Below are positions 50,329 to 59,379 of a DNA stretch of 64,000 nucleotides, piece after piece. Source of the stretch: an uncultured delta proteobacterium (GTDB taxonomy: Bacteria > Myxococcota > Myxococcia > Myxococcales > Myxococcaceae). The translations under genes and the position numbers were made by a program. The stretch is from positions 64,001 through 128,000 of the forward strand of contig CAVZMH010000019.1 in NCBI GenBank assembly GCA_963776345.1. Reading direction: 5' to 3'. The notes under the pieces were generated by a model that saw only the letters and a program-made list of their open reading frames with translations, was not told the origin of the DNA and did no database searches. Positions within the stretch are counted from its first letter, which is position 1; each line of letters starts with the position of its first letter.

Positions 50329-50838
50329 ATGCACCGACTCGTGTTCACCACCCTGCTCGGCATTTCGCTCGCTGCCTCGGCCCACGACGAGAAGGGCCCC
50401 TGCGCGGACGAGGACGCGCCGGCCGCCCGGCAAGCCTCCGGTCCTGCGTCCCTGAAGCCTGGCGCCGTGCTCGTCCGGGGGACGCCGCTGCCGAAGGGCC
50501 AGGCCCCTGTCTCGCTCGCCGCGGTGCTCGCGAAGCCCGAGGATGGCCGCTCGGTGCTGGTCGAGGGCGTGGTCCGCCGCGCCTGCAGCCAGATGGGGTG
50601 CTGGATGGAGCTCGCGCCGGCCGAGGGCGGCCCGGGAGTCCGGGTGACGTTCAAGGACTACGGCTTCTTCGTTCCCACCGACTCCGCGGGAGCCCGGGCG
50701 CGCGTGCAGGGCACGCTCAAGGTCGCCCAGCTCTCGGCGGCCGGCGCCGACCACCTCCGCGCCGAGGGCGGCTCGATGCCTGCCGGCGCCCAGCGCGAGG
50801 TGCAGCTCATCGCCTCGGGCGTCGAGCTTCGGAGGTAG
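50329..50838 (+). CDS. Secreted DUF4920-like protein
   Basis: Signal peptide; C...GCWM, RVTFKDYGFFVP. Confidence 0.78.
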   Translation: MHRLVFTTLLGISLAASAHDEKGPCADEDAPAARQASGPASLKPGAVLVRGTPLPKGQAPVSLAAVLAKPEDGRSVLVEGVVRRACSQMGCWMELAPAEGGPGVRVTFKDYGFFVPTDSAGARARVQGTLKVAQLSAAGADHLRAEGGSMPAGAQREVQLIASGVELRR

Positions 50839-50842
50839 GTCG

Positions 50843-51934
50843 CTGGAGGTCCGGCCAGGACAGCCCGGCGACGCCGCGATGCTGGCCGAGCTCGGCGGCC
50901 GGCTGTTCCACGACGCCTTCGCCCGCGACAACCGTCCCGAGGACACCCGGGCCTACCTCGCCGAGCACTTCAGCGAGGCAGCGATGGGGCGCGTGCTGGC
51001 CGACCCTGCCTGTCACGTCCTGGTGCTCGAGCACGCGCAGGTCCCGGCCGGCTGGGCACTGCTGGTCACCGGCGCCGACCGACCGCGGGCGCTGGAGATC
51101 CGCCGCTTCTACGTCGACGCGCGGCTCCACGGAGGCGACGCCGCGGTGACGCTGATGGCGGCGACGCTGGACCGCGCGCGCGCGCTCGGCACCGACACCG
51201 TGTGGCTCGCGGTCTGGGAGCGGAACCTGCGCGCGCGGGCCTTCTACGCCAAGCACGGCTTCCGCCGCGTGGGCGCCAAGGCCTTCCAGTTCGGCGGAGA
51301 CACCCAGACCGACGACGTCCTGTCGCGTCCGCTCTCGTTCGGGGTGAGCCTGGCCGTCGTCGCCGGCGGGAACGCGACCCGGCTCGGCGGGGCGTGCAAG
51401 CCGCTGCTCCAGGTGCACGGACGGGCGGTGCTGGACCGGCTGCTGGCGCTCCGCACGCTGTCCGACGAGGTGCTGCTGGTGTCCGCCGATCCGCGGCTGC
51501 CCGATGCGGGGCTGGTGCGCGTCGAGGACGTGGTGCCCGGCCGCGGCGCGCCGGGCGGGGTCCAGGCGGCGATGGAGCGCGCGCGGTCCCCCTGGGTGCT
51601 CGCGGTCGCCGGGGACATGCCGTTCCTCGATGGGCGCGCCGTGCTTCCTCTGCTCGAGGCGCGCGGAGACGACGTGGACGCCGTGGCCTACACCGTCTCC
51701 GGCCGGCTCGAGCCGCTGGCTGCGCTCTACCGGAGCGCGCTGGCTCCGCGCTGGGCGGCCGCGCTCGCCGGCTCCGGCGCCTCGTTCCGCGCGCTGTGGG
51801 GCGGGCTTCGCGGCGTCACCCTGCCCGAGTCGGTGCTCCGCGCCTCCACCGGCGACACCCGGGCGGTGCTGAGCCTGAACCTGCCCTCGGACGTGGCCAC
51901 GTGGGTGGACGCCCCACCGGACCGACGGTCGTAA
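50843..51934 (+). CDS. GNAT acetyltransferase fused to MobA-like molybdenum cofactor guanylyltransferase; CTG start likely (first ATG 50879)
   Basis: GNAT: EIRRFYV, WLAVWERN.RA.AFYAKHGF; MobA: AGG.ATRLGG..K, DMPF, EPLAALY; one uninterrupted frame. Confidence 0.8.
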   Translation: MEVRPGQPGDAAMLAELGGRLFHDAFARDNRPEDTRAYLAEHFSEAAMGRVLADPACHVLVLEHAQVPAGWALLVTGADRPRALEIRRFYVDARLHGGDAAVTLMAATLDRARALGTDTVWLAVWERNLRARAFYAKHGFRRVGAKAFQFGGDTQTDDVLSRPLSFGVSLAVVAGGNATRLGGACKPLLQVHGRAVLDRLLALRTLSDEVLLVSADPRLPDAGLVRVEDVVPGRGAPGGVQAAMERARSPWVLAVAGDMPFLDGRAVLPLLEARGDDVDAVAYTVSGRLEPLAALYRSALAPRWAAALAGSGASFRALWGGLRGVTLPESVLRASTGDTRAVLSLNLPSDVATWVDAPPDRRS

Positions 51935-51959
51935 GTGTCGATCACTCCGGGCGGTTTCC

Positions 51960-51989
51960 TTGCGCCGCGCGAGTGGCGGCTGCTACCGT
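51960..51989 (+). promoter_or_regulatory. Putative sigma70-type promoter
   Basis: TTGCGC-N18-TACCGT with extended TG. Confidence 0.45.
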
Positions 51990-52006
51990 CGATTCTCCCT
52001 CAGGCG

Positions 52007-52522
52007 ATGGCGAAACCCTTCGATCGGGCCGTCTCGGGCTTCAACCACAACATCACCCACGCTGGTCGGGTCTTCCACGTGCAGACCGAGGACTCGGGGG
52101 TGAACAACCCCAACATCATCACCCACGTGTTCGTGGGCGGGAACATCCTGGCCAGCAAGAAGTCCTCGTATGCCGAGCTGCTCGGCGCCGAGAACCTCCA
52201 GGAGCTGGTGCGCCAGCTGATGGAGGACCAGCACAAGCAGATGCTCCGCAACGTGGTGCAAGGGGGCTACGACAACGTCGACACCACGGCCCGCGCCTAC
52301 CAGCCGGGTCAGCTCGCCCCGGGGGCCGAGGGGAAGGGGTCCCTCAAGCTCGCTCCCCCGCGGGCGCCGCTGCCCCCGGAGGTCGAGGCCGCGCGGGCGT
52401 TGAGCACGCCGCCGAAGCTGAACGAGGTGGGCGCGCAGACGCTGTTCGGCGAGGACCTCATCAGCGAGAAGAGCCTCGACGAGGTCATCCTCAGCTACCT
52501 CGCGGAAGAGCCGGAGAGCTGA
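52007..52522 (+). CDS. Hypothetical protein
   Basis: GFNHNI...FHVQTEDSG N-domain, Pro-rich linker, EKSLDEVILSYL tail; strong GC3 bias. Confidence 0.8.
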   Translation: MAKPFDRAVSGFNHNITHAGRVFHVQTEDSGVNNPNIITHVFVGGNILASKKSSYAELLGAENLQELVRQLMEDQHKQMLRNVVQGGYDNVDTTARAYQPGQLAPGAEGKGSLKLAPPRAPLPPEVEAARALSTPPKLNEVGAQTLFGEDLISEKSLDEVILSYLAEEPES

Positions 52523-52684
52523 GCCTGAGCTGAGGCCGAGCCTGTCGACCGGGGGGCGCGCCCCGGAATCCCCGCATACCCCGGGAGGAGGTTCTGCTCC
52601 CATCGGACGCGGCGGAGCCAGCACGCGGCGTGTGTTGAGCGGAACAGGCCGCGCGTGCGTGACTCCCCGGCGAGGAGGTGCCGC

Positions 52685-52750
52685 ATGCCTCGACATGACG
52701 CGCCCGCCGATTTCCGCCATCGGACCACGAGCGAGCACCGCGGGCGGTGA
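52685..52750 (+). CDS. 21-aa small [24 protein letters not shown] coupled to the P450
   Basis: AGGAGGT at 52673-52679, 5 nt before ATG; TGA overlaps the P450 GTG. Confidence 0.55.
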   Translation: MPRHDAPADFRHRTTSEHRGR

Positions 52751-54066
52751 GCGCCCGGGCCTATCCGCCCGGCCCCAGCTCGCTCATCCCACTGCTCGCT
52801 TCCTTCGCCATCCGCCGGGACCCGCTGACCTTCCTCGTCGACGCGGCGAGGACGTACGGCGACCTCGTCCATCTGGGCATCGGCCGGCGGCACGACTACC
52901 TGGTCAATCGCCCCGACCTCATCCGCGACGTCCTGCTCGCGCCCGAGGAGCAGCTGCTCCGCTCCTTCCCCAGGACGATGAAGCGCGTCCTCGGCGACGG
53001 GCTCCTCTCCAGCCAGGGGGCGCACCACCGTGCCCAGCGCCGCATGCTCCAGCCGTTCTTCCACCAGGAGCGGGTGGCCGGCTTCGCGCGGGAGATCGTC
53101 ACCCGGAGCCGGCGGACCTGCGCGGGGTGGCGGGACGGCGAGTCCCTGGACGTCGCCGAGGCGATGCTCGCGCTGACGCTGGAGATCGTGGTCAAGGTCG
53201 TGTTCGACCGCGAGCTGGACCGGGGCGCGACCGAGCTCCTCGAGCTGCTGGCCCCGCTGGTGGACACCACGCGCAAGCGACGCTGGGGGCTCCTGGAGCG
53301 GGCGCTCACCGGCCTCCCCTTCGGGCCCGCCCATACGCAGGAGCGTGCCGTCCAGCGGCTGGACGCCTTCATCGAGGGGGCCATCGCCGAGCGGCGGGAG
53401 TCGCCCGACCGCCACCCCGACCTCCTCTCCATGCTGCTCGACGCGGGTGCCGAGGACCGGGTGGTCCGTGACGAGACGCTCACCATGCTTGCCGCGGGGC
53501 ACGAGACCATCGGCAACTGCCTGGCCTGGACCTTCCACCTCCTCGCGCAGCACCCGGACGCGGAGCGACGTCTCCAGGCCGAGGTGGATGGCCTCGGAGG
53601 TCCGGTCGAGGCCGGCGCGGTGGAGCGGCTCCCCTTCACCGGCCGGGTGCTGCTCGAGTCGATGCGGCTCTACCCGCCGGTGTGGCTGATGGTCCGTCGC
53701 CCGGTGCAGGACTTCCGGCTCGGCGAGTACGTCGTCCCCGCCGGGGCGTACATCCACCTCTCGCAGTACCTCACCCACCGCGACGCCCGGTGGTTCCCAG
53801 AGCCCGGGCGCTTCGACCCCGAGCGGTGGCTGCCGGAGGTCGAGGGTGGGCGTCCGAAGATTTGCTATTTCCCCTTCGGGGGCGGAGGCCGGAAGTGCAT
53901 CGGCGAGAGCTTCGCCTTCCTGGAGGGGGTGCTGGTGCTGGCCACGGTCGCCCGGGAGTTCCGCGTGCGCGCCATCCCCGGGCCCCCGGTCGAGGCCGAG
54001 CCCTACGTCACCTTGCGCCCGCGGCACGGCCTGCCGATGCGACTCGAGCGGCGGGCACGGGCATGA
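52747..54066 (+). CDS. Cytochrome P450
   Basis: [33 protein letters not shown]. Confidence 0.95.
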   Translation: MSARAYPPGPSSLIPLLASFAIRRDPLTFLVDAARTYGDLVHLGIGRRHDYLVNRPDLIRDVLLAPEEQLLRSFPRTMKRVLGDGLLSSQGAHHRAQRRMLQPFFHQERVAGFAREIVTRSRRTCAGWRDGESLDVAEAMLALTLEIVVKVVFDRELDRGATELLELLAPLVDTTRKRRWGLLERALTGLPFGPAHTQERAVQRLDAFIEGAIAERRESPDRHPDLLSMLLDAGAEDRVVRDETLTMLAAGHETIGNCLAWTFHLLAQHPDAERRLQAEVDGLGGPVEAGAVERLPFTGRVLLESMRLYPPVWLMVRRPVQDFRLGEYVVPAGAYIHLSQYLTHRDARWFPEPGRFDPERWLPEVEGGRPKICYFPFGGGGRKCIGESFAFLEGVLVLATVAREFRVRAIPGPPVEAEPYVTLRPRHGLPMRLERRARA

Positions 54067-54860
54067 GCCGGGCGCTGGAGGGAAAGGTGGCGCTGGTCAC
54101 CGGCGGGGCGGCGGGCATCGGTCGCGCCTCAGCGCTGGCCTTCGCCCGCGAGGGCGCCCGGGTGGTGGTGGCCGACGTCTCGCCGCATGGCGAGGAGACC
54201 GCGCGTGCCATCCGCGACGCGGGCGCCGAGGCCCTCTTCGTGGAGACGGACGTCTCTCGCGCCGCCGACGTGGCCGGGCTCCTGCGCCGCACGCTGTCGT
54301 CCTTCGGGCGGCTCGACCTCGCGCACAACAACGCCGGCGTCGAGGGCCCCCGCGCCCCGCTCACCGAGGTGAGCGAGGAGGACTGGGACCGGACCCTCGG
54401 CGTCAACCTCAAGGGGGTGTGGCTCTCGATGCGCGAGGAGATCCCCGCGATGCTCGCCACTGGCGGCGGGTGCATCGTGAACACCGCCTCGGTCTACGGG
54501 CTGGTCGGGGCGCGAAAGGTCTCGACCTACGTCGCGAGCAAGCACGCGCTGGTGGGCCTCACCCGGTCGGCCGCCCTGGAGTGGGGGCGGCAGGGCATCC
54601 GGGTCAACGCGGTCTGTCCGGGGCTCATCGACACCGAGATGGTCGACCGGGCGGTGCTCGGCCAGGTCCCCTCCGGCGTCGGCCGGAGCCTCAGCCCGCG
54701 AAGGCGCATCGCGCGCGCGGTGCTCCGCGCCCGCCAGCCCTCGGGGCGCATGGGAACGTCCGAGGAGGTGGCCGAGGCCGTGCTCTGGCTCTGCTCGCCC
54801 GCCTCGAGCTACGTGAACGGCCACGCGCTGGTCATCGACGGCGGGATGGTCGTCCACTGA
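54063..54860 (+). CDS. Short-chain dehydrogenase/reductase
   Basis: TGGAAGIG, NNAG, YVASK; ATGA overlap. Confidence 0.93.
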   Translation: MSRALEGKVALVTGGAAGIGRASALAFAREGARVVVADVSPHGEETARAIRDAGAEALFVETDVSRAADVAGLLRRTLSSFGRLDLAHNNAGVEGPRAPLTEVSEEDWDRTLGVNLKGVWLSMREEIPAMLATGGGCIVNTASVYGLVGARKVSTYVASKHALVGLTRSAALEWGRQGIRVNAVCPGLIDTEMVDRAVLGQVPSGVGRSLSPRRRIARAVLRARQPSGRMGTSEEVAEAVLWLCSPASSYVNGHALVIDGGMVVH

Positions 54861-54883
54861 CCCCCCGCCCGCTGGTGCGGCGG

Positions 54884-55936
54884 TCACCGCCCGGCGTCGG
54901 CGTCCCCGCGGCAGAAGGCCAGCCGCCTTGCCACCACCTCGATCGGGAGGGCCACCTCGAGCGAGAGGCCGCTCCCATGCGTGGGTGAGACCCGGGCGAA
55001 CCCCAGCAGCTCGGCCGTGTCCTCGTCGCCGCCGGCGCGGGCCTGCGCCCGGGCCACCGCCAGCGCGCCGCCGAGCGTCTTCCCCAGGTCCTCGAGCTTC
55101 CGCGCGTCCTCGCCGGAGACGTCCGCCACCAGCGCCACGTCGCGCCGGGCGTCGAGGTGCAACTCCACCCGGGACGCCGCATCGGCCAGCGCCGCGGACC
55201 AGCCCTCCGAGCCGCCCAGGGCCTGCGCCAGGTCCTGGCCGGACACCACGCCGTACATCTCGCCGTAGCTCTGCTCCGGCGAGAGCAGCGGGCGGGGCGC
55301 GGGACCGCGGCCCTCCACGGCGTCGATGACTCGCTGCCCATCCTCCTCGGAGCTGCCGAGGTGGAGCAGCGAGTCGCCCCAGCGGGTGGCGACCAGCGTG
55401 CTCCCGCCCTCCCGGCGCGGATCGACGGCGGTGATCGACCCGCGATCGCCGTACGCCGCCGCGGTGGCGCTGCCCAGGAGCCCCTCCCAGTTCGCCCGGC
55501 GAAAGTCGCCGGAGACGACCACGCCGTGCTCGGTGATGCCCACCCGGTCGAGGTCCCGCAGCGGGTCGATGCCCATCTGCCGGAGCGCCTCGAGCGCGCT
55601 GGCCCGGCCCTCGCGCTCGGCCAGGCACTGGAGCAAGAGCTCGCCCAGGGGGGAGTTCCGGAGCGCGTTCACCTCCAGCACCACGCCCGATCCCGCGCCC
55701 GCCGCCGAGAGCGCGGCGAGCACCGGGTCCCGCACCTGCGCCCGCGCCGCCCCGGCGTCCGCCGGCGGACGAGTCAGGCGGGAGAGCATCCGCTGCCGCT
55801 CCTCCGGGCGGAGCTGCCGCGGCATCTCGAGCTCGGGCCGGGCCACCGGGGGACGCGGCTCCGGGAACCGCACCAGCCACGCGGCGGCGACGACCAGGAT
55901 GGCGGCGGCGAGCAGCCACAGCCAGCGGCGCTCCAT
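54884..55936 (-). CDS. Membrane-anchored hypothetical protein
   Basis: N-terminal TM, GIDPLRDLDRV; coupled to the upstream permease. Confidence 0.7.
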   Translation of the reverse strand: MERRWLWLLAAAILVVAAAWLVRFPEPRPPVARPELEMPRQLRPEERQRMLSRLTRPPADAGAARAQVRDPVLAALSAAGAGSGVVLEVNALRNSPLGELLLQCLAEREGRASALEALRQMGIDPLRDLDRVGITEHGVVVSGDFRRANWEGLLGSATAAAYGDRGSITAVDPRREGGSTLVATRWGDSLLHLGSSEEDGQRVIDAVEGRGPAPRPLLSPEQSYGEMYGVVSGQDLAQALGGSEGWSAALADAASRVELHLDARRDVALVADVSGEDARKLEDLGKTLGGALAVARAQARAGGDEDTAELLGFARVSPTHGSGLSLEVALPIEVVARRLAFCRGDADAGR

Positions 55937-56769
55937 CAGAAGTCCCTCCGCTCGAAGCGCCACGCCGCGACGGCCAGGAGCGCCGCGGCGAAGGCCAGGG
56001 TCCCCGCCAGCAGCCGGAGCAGCCCGCCCGGGGCGAGCGGCGCGCTGGAGGCCAGGGCCCCCGCGGCATCGGCCAGCTTTCCGAGCGGCGGCACCACCGC
56101 GGTGAGCCCGGCGAAGAGCGTGCGCCCGACGCCTCGTCCCATCAGGTCGAGCAGGGTCCTCCGGTGGGTGGCGAGAAGCCCGAGGACGACCAGCGAGGCG
56201 CCGGCCGCGGCGGACAGCGCCGCGCTCCGTACCCAGACCGTGACTGCGAGCATGCCGGCGTAGACGCTCCCGAAGGCCACCGCCGCGAGGGCGGCCGAGA
56301 CCACCGGCCAGGCGGTCCAGACGCCGGTCTTGGCGCCCAGCACCAGCACCAGGCCCGCCGAGGCGTACACCGCGCCCCCGAGCGCGAGCGCCAGCACCCC
56401 GAGGAAGGTGCCGGCGAGCAGCTCCCAGCGCCGCACCGGGAGCGAGAGGAGATACTCGATGCGCCCCGGCGAGAGCAGCGCGGGCGCGAAGTCGGCGCAG
56501 GAGAGCACCCCGAAGGCGAGGCCGCCCCAGAACACGAGCTGGCTCGCCGCCAGGAACACCGGGCGGAGCGCCACGTCCGCCGACTGGATGTCATGAACCA
56601 GCGGCTGGCCGAAGAGCCGCGTCGCCGCGAGGGCGCCGTCCACCACCTCGAGCCGGAGGCTGGTCACCAGCAGCAGGAGGAGCCCGGTGAGCGCCAGCCC
56701 GAGCGCCAGGAACCAGCGCCTCGCCGCGGCCTCCCGGAGCAGATCCAGCGCCACCGCCAGCGAGGTCAT
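55936..56769 (-). CDS. ABC-2-type permease
   Basis: About 6 TM, LLSLPVRR, terminal FERRDF. Confidence 0.85.
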   Translation of the reverse strand: MTSLAVALDLLREAAARRWFLALGLALTGLLLLLVTSLRLEVVDGALAATRLFGQPLVHDIQSADVALRPVFLAASQLVFWGGLAFGVLSCADFAPALLSPGRIEYLLSLPVRRWELLAGTFLGVLALALGGAVYASAGLVLVLGAKTGVWTAWPVVSAALAAVAFGSVYAGMLAVTVWVRSAALSAAAGASLVVLGLLATHRRTLLDLMGRGVGRTLFAGLTAVVPPLGKLADAAGALASSAPLAPGGLLRLLAGTLAFAAALLAVAAWRFERRDF

Positions 56770-57686
56770 GCGGCCCCCGCGGCCAGCGCCTCGGTGAGCA
56801 CGTCCTCGAGATCGCGCGAGGCCCGCCCCAGCTCGACCAGCAGCGCGCCCGCCGCCCGCGCGCCGTCCAGCGCCCGGTTGAGGGCCACGGCGTCCGGCGC
56901 CGGGAGCTCCCAGCCTCCGCCCTCGGACGGCTCGAAGCCCAGCGCGAGCAGCGCATCCGCAGCCACCGGCGGGACGGCGGCGAAGCGCACTCGCCACCGC
57001 TGCTGGACGGCGGTGAGCGCTTCCAGCGGACCCGAGCGGACCAGCCGCCCGTGCGAGAGGATGCCGATGCGGGTGCAGATGCGCTCGGTCTCCGAGAGCA
57101 GGTGGGAGTTGATGAAGAGCGTCGCCCCGCGCGCCAGCTCGGCGGCGAGGAGCTGGCGGATCTCCACCCGCCCGAGCGGGTCCACCCCGTCCGTCGGCTC
57201 GTCGAGCACCAGGAGGTCCGGCGCGCCCACCAGCGCCGCAGCGAGCCCGAGCCGCTGACGCATGCCCTTGCTGAAGCCGCGGATCCTCCGCCCGCCCGCC
57301 TCGGCGAGCCCCACCCGGGCGAGCAGCGCGTCCAGGCCGGCGCGCTCGGCCCGGAGGTCCTTCAGCCGGGCCACGCTGGCCAGGAAGGCGCGCGGGGTCC
57401 AGGCGCCGGGGAGCGTGAGCCGCTCCGGGAGGTAGCCCACCCGGGCCCGGGAGCGCGGATCCTCCGGGCGGCCTCCCAGCAGCTCCACCGCGCCCCGGTC
57501 GGGGTGGGCGATTCCGAGGAGGCACTTGATGAAGGTCGTCTTGCCCGCACCGTTGGGGCCGATGAGCCCGAACGCCTCGCCCCGCGGCACCTCCAGGTCC
57601 ACGCCGTCGAGCGCCACCGACTCGGTGCGGCCGAAGCGGGTGCGGAAGCGCTTGTGCAGGGAGCTGACGGCGAAGGCGGCCGGCAT
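56766..57686 (-). CDS. ABC transporter ATP-binding protein
   Basis: GPNGAGKTT, FSKGMRQR, LDEP, SHLL. Confidence 0.93.
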   Translation of the reverse strand: MPAAFAVSSLHKRFRTRFGRTESVALDGVDLEVPRGEAFGLIGPNGAGKTTFIKCLLGIAHPDRGAVELLGGRPEDPRSRARVGYLPERLTLPGAWTPRAFLASVARLKDLRAERAGLDALLARVGLAEAGGRRIRGFSKGMRQRLGLAAALVGAPDLLVLDEPTDGVDPLGRVEIRQLLAAELARGATLFINSHLLSETERICTRIGILSHGRLVRSGPLEALTAVQQRWRVRFAAVPPVAADALLALGFEPSEGGGWELPAPDAVALNRALDGARAAGALLVELGRASRDLEDVLTEALAAGAA

Positions 57687-57760
57687 CCGCGAGAGCCTCC
57701 CATCTCCAGGCGGACGGTGCAGCACGAGGGCGCCCGACGCCGCCCCCCGCGCCCCGGTGG

Positions 57761-58141
57761 TCAGCGCCCACCGGCGCCCCGGGGTCGCTGGAGGAGGACC
57801 AGGAGCACGACCCCGGTCTGCGCCGCCAGCACCCAGGGCTCGAGCTCGCCCATTGCCCACACCACCGCATCGTCGAGGAGCAGCGCCGCCGGCAGGGCCC
57901 AGAAGCCCCAGGGGCGCATCCCCCACAGCCCCCGGAGCGCCACGGCGAGCGCCCCGGTGGTGAGCAGCAGATAGGGCACGTACCCCGGCCCGAACGCCCG
58001 CGCCTGTCCGCCGGTCGCCGCGTGCAGCCAGGTGACTGCGAGGAGCAGGGCCCCGGCCAGGCACACCGCCGTCACGGGCCACGGCCGCCCGGGCATCCGG
58101 ATTGCGGCGAACGGTCGCTCGTCTTCGGGCGTGCCGGCCAT
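57761..58141 (-). CDS. Small membrane hypothetical protein (start uncertain)
   Basis: Four hydrophobic segments filling the gap. Confidence 0.55.
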   Translation of the reverse strand: MAGTPEDERPFAAIRMPGRPWPVTAVCLAGALLLAVTWLHAATGGQARAFGPGYVPYLLLTTGALAVALRGLWGMRPWGFWALPAALLLDDAVVWAMGELEPWVLAAQTGVVLLVLLQRPRGAGGR

Positions 58142-58253
58142 GCCCCTTGTTAATGAGACCGCCCGCAGAGTCCATCAGCCGGAGGGTTCCGTCCGCATGC
58201 ACCTCGCCGCCGCCCTGCTCGCCCTCACCACCCTTTCCTCGGGAGGCACGCCC

Positions 58254-58739
58254 ATGTCGGTCCATGATTTCAAGGTGAAGACCATCGACGGCAAGGAGGC
58301 CTCCCTGGCCGACTACAAGGGGAAGGCGCTGCTCATCGTCAACACCGCCTCGCAGTGCGGGTTCACCCCCCAGTACGCCGGGCTCGAGGCGCTGTTCGAG
58401 AAGTACCGTGAACGGGGCTTCACCGTGCTCGGCTTCCCCTCCAACGACTTCGGCGCCCAGGAGCCGGGGAGCAACGCGGAGATCAAGAAGTTCTGCGAGC
58501 TCCGCTACAAGACCACCTTCCCGCTCTTCTCCAAGATCCCGGTGAAGGGGCCGGACGCGGACCCGCTCTACAAGTACCTCACCGGGCTCCCCGGGAAGCA
58601 GGGCGGGGTGGTGACCTGGAACTTCAACAAGTTCCTCATCAGCCCGGACGGCAAGGTCATCGAGCACTTCGACAGCCGGGTCGATCCGCTGTCCCCCGAG
58701 CTGACCGCCAAGCTCGAGCAGGTGCTCCCGAAGAGCTGA
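58254..58739 (+). CDS. Glutathione peroxidase, Cys type (alternative start 58197 adds a signal-like peptide)
   Basis: VNTASQCGFT, GFPSNDF..QEPG, WNFNKFL; SD GGAGG. Confidence 0.94.
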   Translation: MSVHDFKVKTIDGKEASLADYKGKALLIVNTASQCGFTPQYAGLEALFEKYRERGFTVLGFPSNDFGAQEPGSNAEIKKFCELRYKTTFPLFSKIPVKGPDADPLYKYLTGLPGKQGGVVTWNFNKFLISPDGKVIEHFDSRVDPLSPELTAKLEQVLPKS

Positions 58740-58762
58740 CGGCGACCGGCCCGGGCCCGGGC

Positions 58763-59287
58763 CTAGCGGCGCCGGTTCCCCGCGTCGGGCGACTGGCTGA
58801 GCGCCTGGGGGGCCTCGGCCCGCTCCACGGCGGCGTCGCGCGCCAGGATGCGGTCGATGCGCTTGACCAGCGTCTTGCCCTTGCTGCTGCGGACCGCGGT
58901 CCGCACGTCGCTGACCAGCTGCTGGTGCCGCTCGCGCAGGTGCGCCAGGGCCGCGTCCTTGTCCGTCACCTGCTCGGTGAGCCGGGCGTTCGCGGCGCGC
59001 AGCTCGTCCGTCTTCTCCGAGGAGGTCATCGCCTGGCGGCGGGCGTCCTTCTGGTCCGCCTCGAGCTTGCTCGCCCGCGAGCCGTACTCGTCCGCCATGC
59101 GCATGGCCTGGTAGGCGCGGGCGGTCTGGTCGTCGATCAGCTTCTTGGCGTAGAGCGCCACCACCGCCAGCGCGACGACGGCGAGCACCGACACCATCCA
59201 CGGCAGGATGGGGGGTGCACGCTGCGGCGGCACCGGGGCGGGCGTCTGCTCGGGATCGAGCTCTGGAAACTGGAAGTCGTCGCTCAT
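58763..59287 (-). CDS. Single-TM coiled-coil hypothetical protein
   Basis: Acidic/Pro N-terminus, TM, long heptad region. Confidence 0.7.
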   Translation of the reverse strand: MSDDFQFPELDPEQTPAPVPPQRAPPILPWMVSVLAVVALAVVALYAKKLIDDQTARAYQAMRMADEYGSRASKLEADQKDARRQAMTSSEKTDELRAANARLTEQVTDKDAALAHLRERHQQLVSDVRTAVRSSKGKTLVKRIDRILARDAAVERAEAPQALSQSPDAGNRRR

Positions 59288-59379
59288 CGAGGGACTCTTG
59301 CCCCCGAGTCTGGCACGGAAAGGTCGCCCCGTGGCCGAGTGAGCCCCGTTCTGCAACAATCCAGTCGCACCGACTCCCG

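Noticed and set aside
52523..52750. Canonical biarylitide MxYxH precursor before the P450
   Set aside because: No such pentapeptide ORF found; only the 21-aa ORF reported above
58340..58365. Possible selenocysteine in glutathione peroxidase
   Set aside because: Active-site codon is TGC (Cys)
58748..58763. GGCCCGGGCCCGGGCC palindrome and similar GC palindromes near 42690
   Set aside because: Low-complexity GC sequence between convergent genes; at most terminator-like
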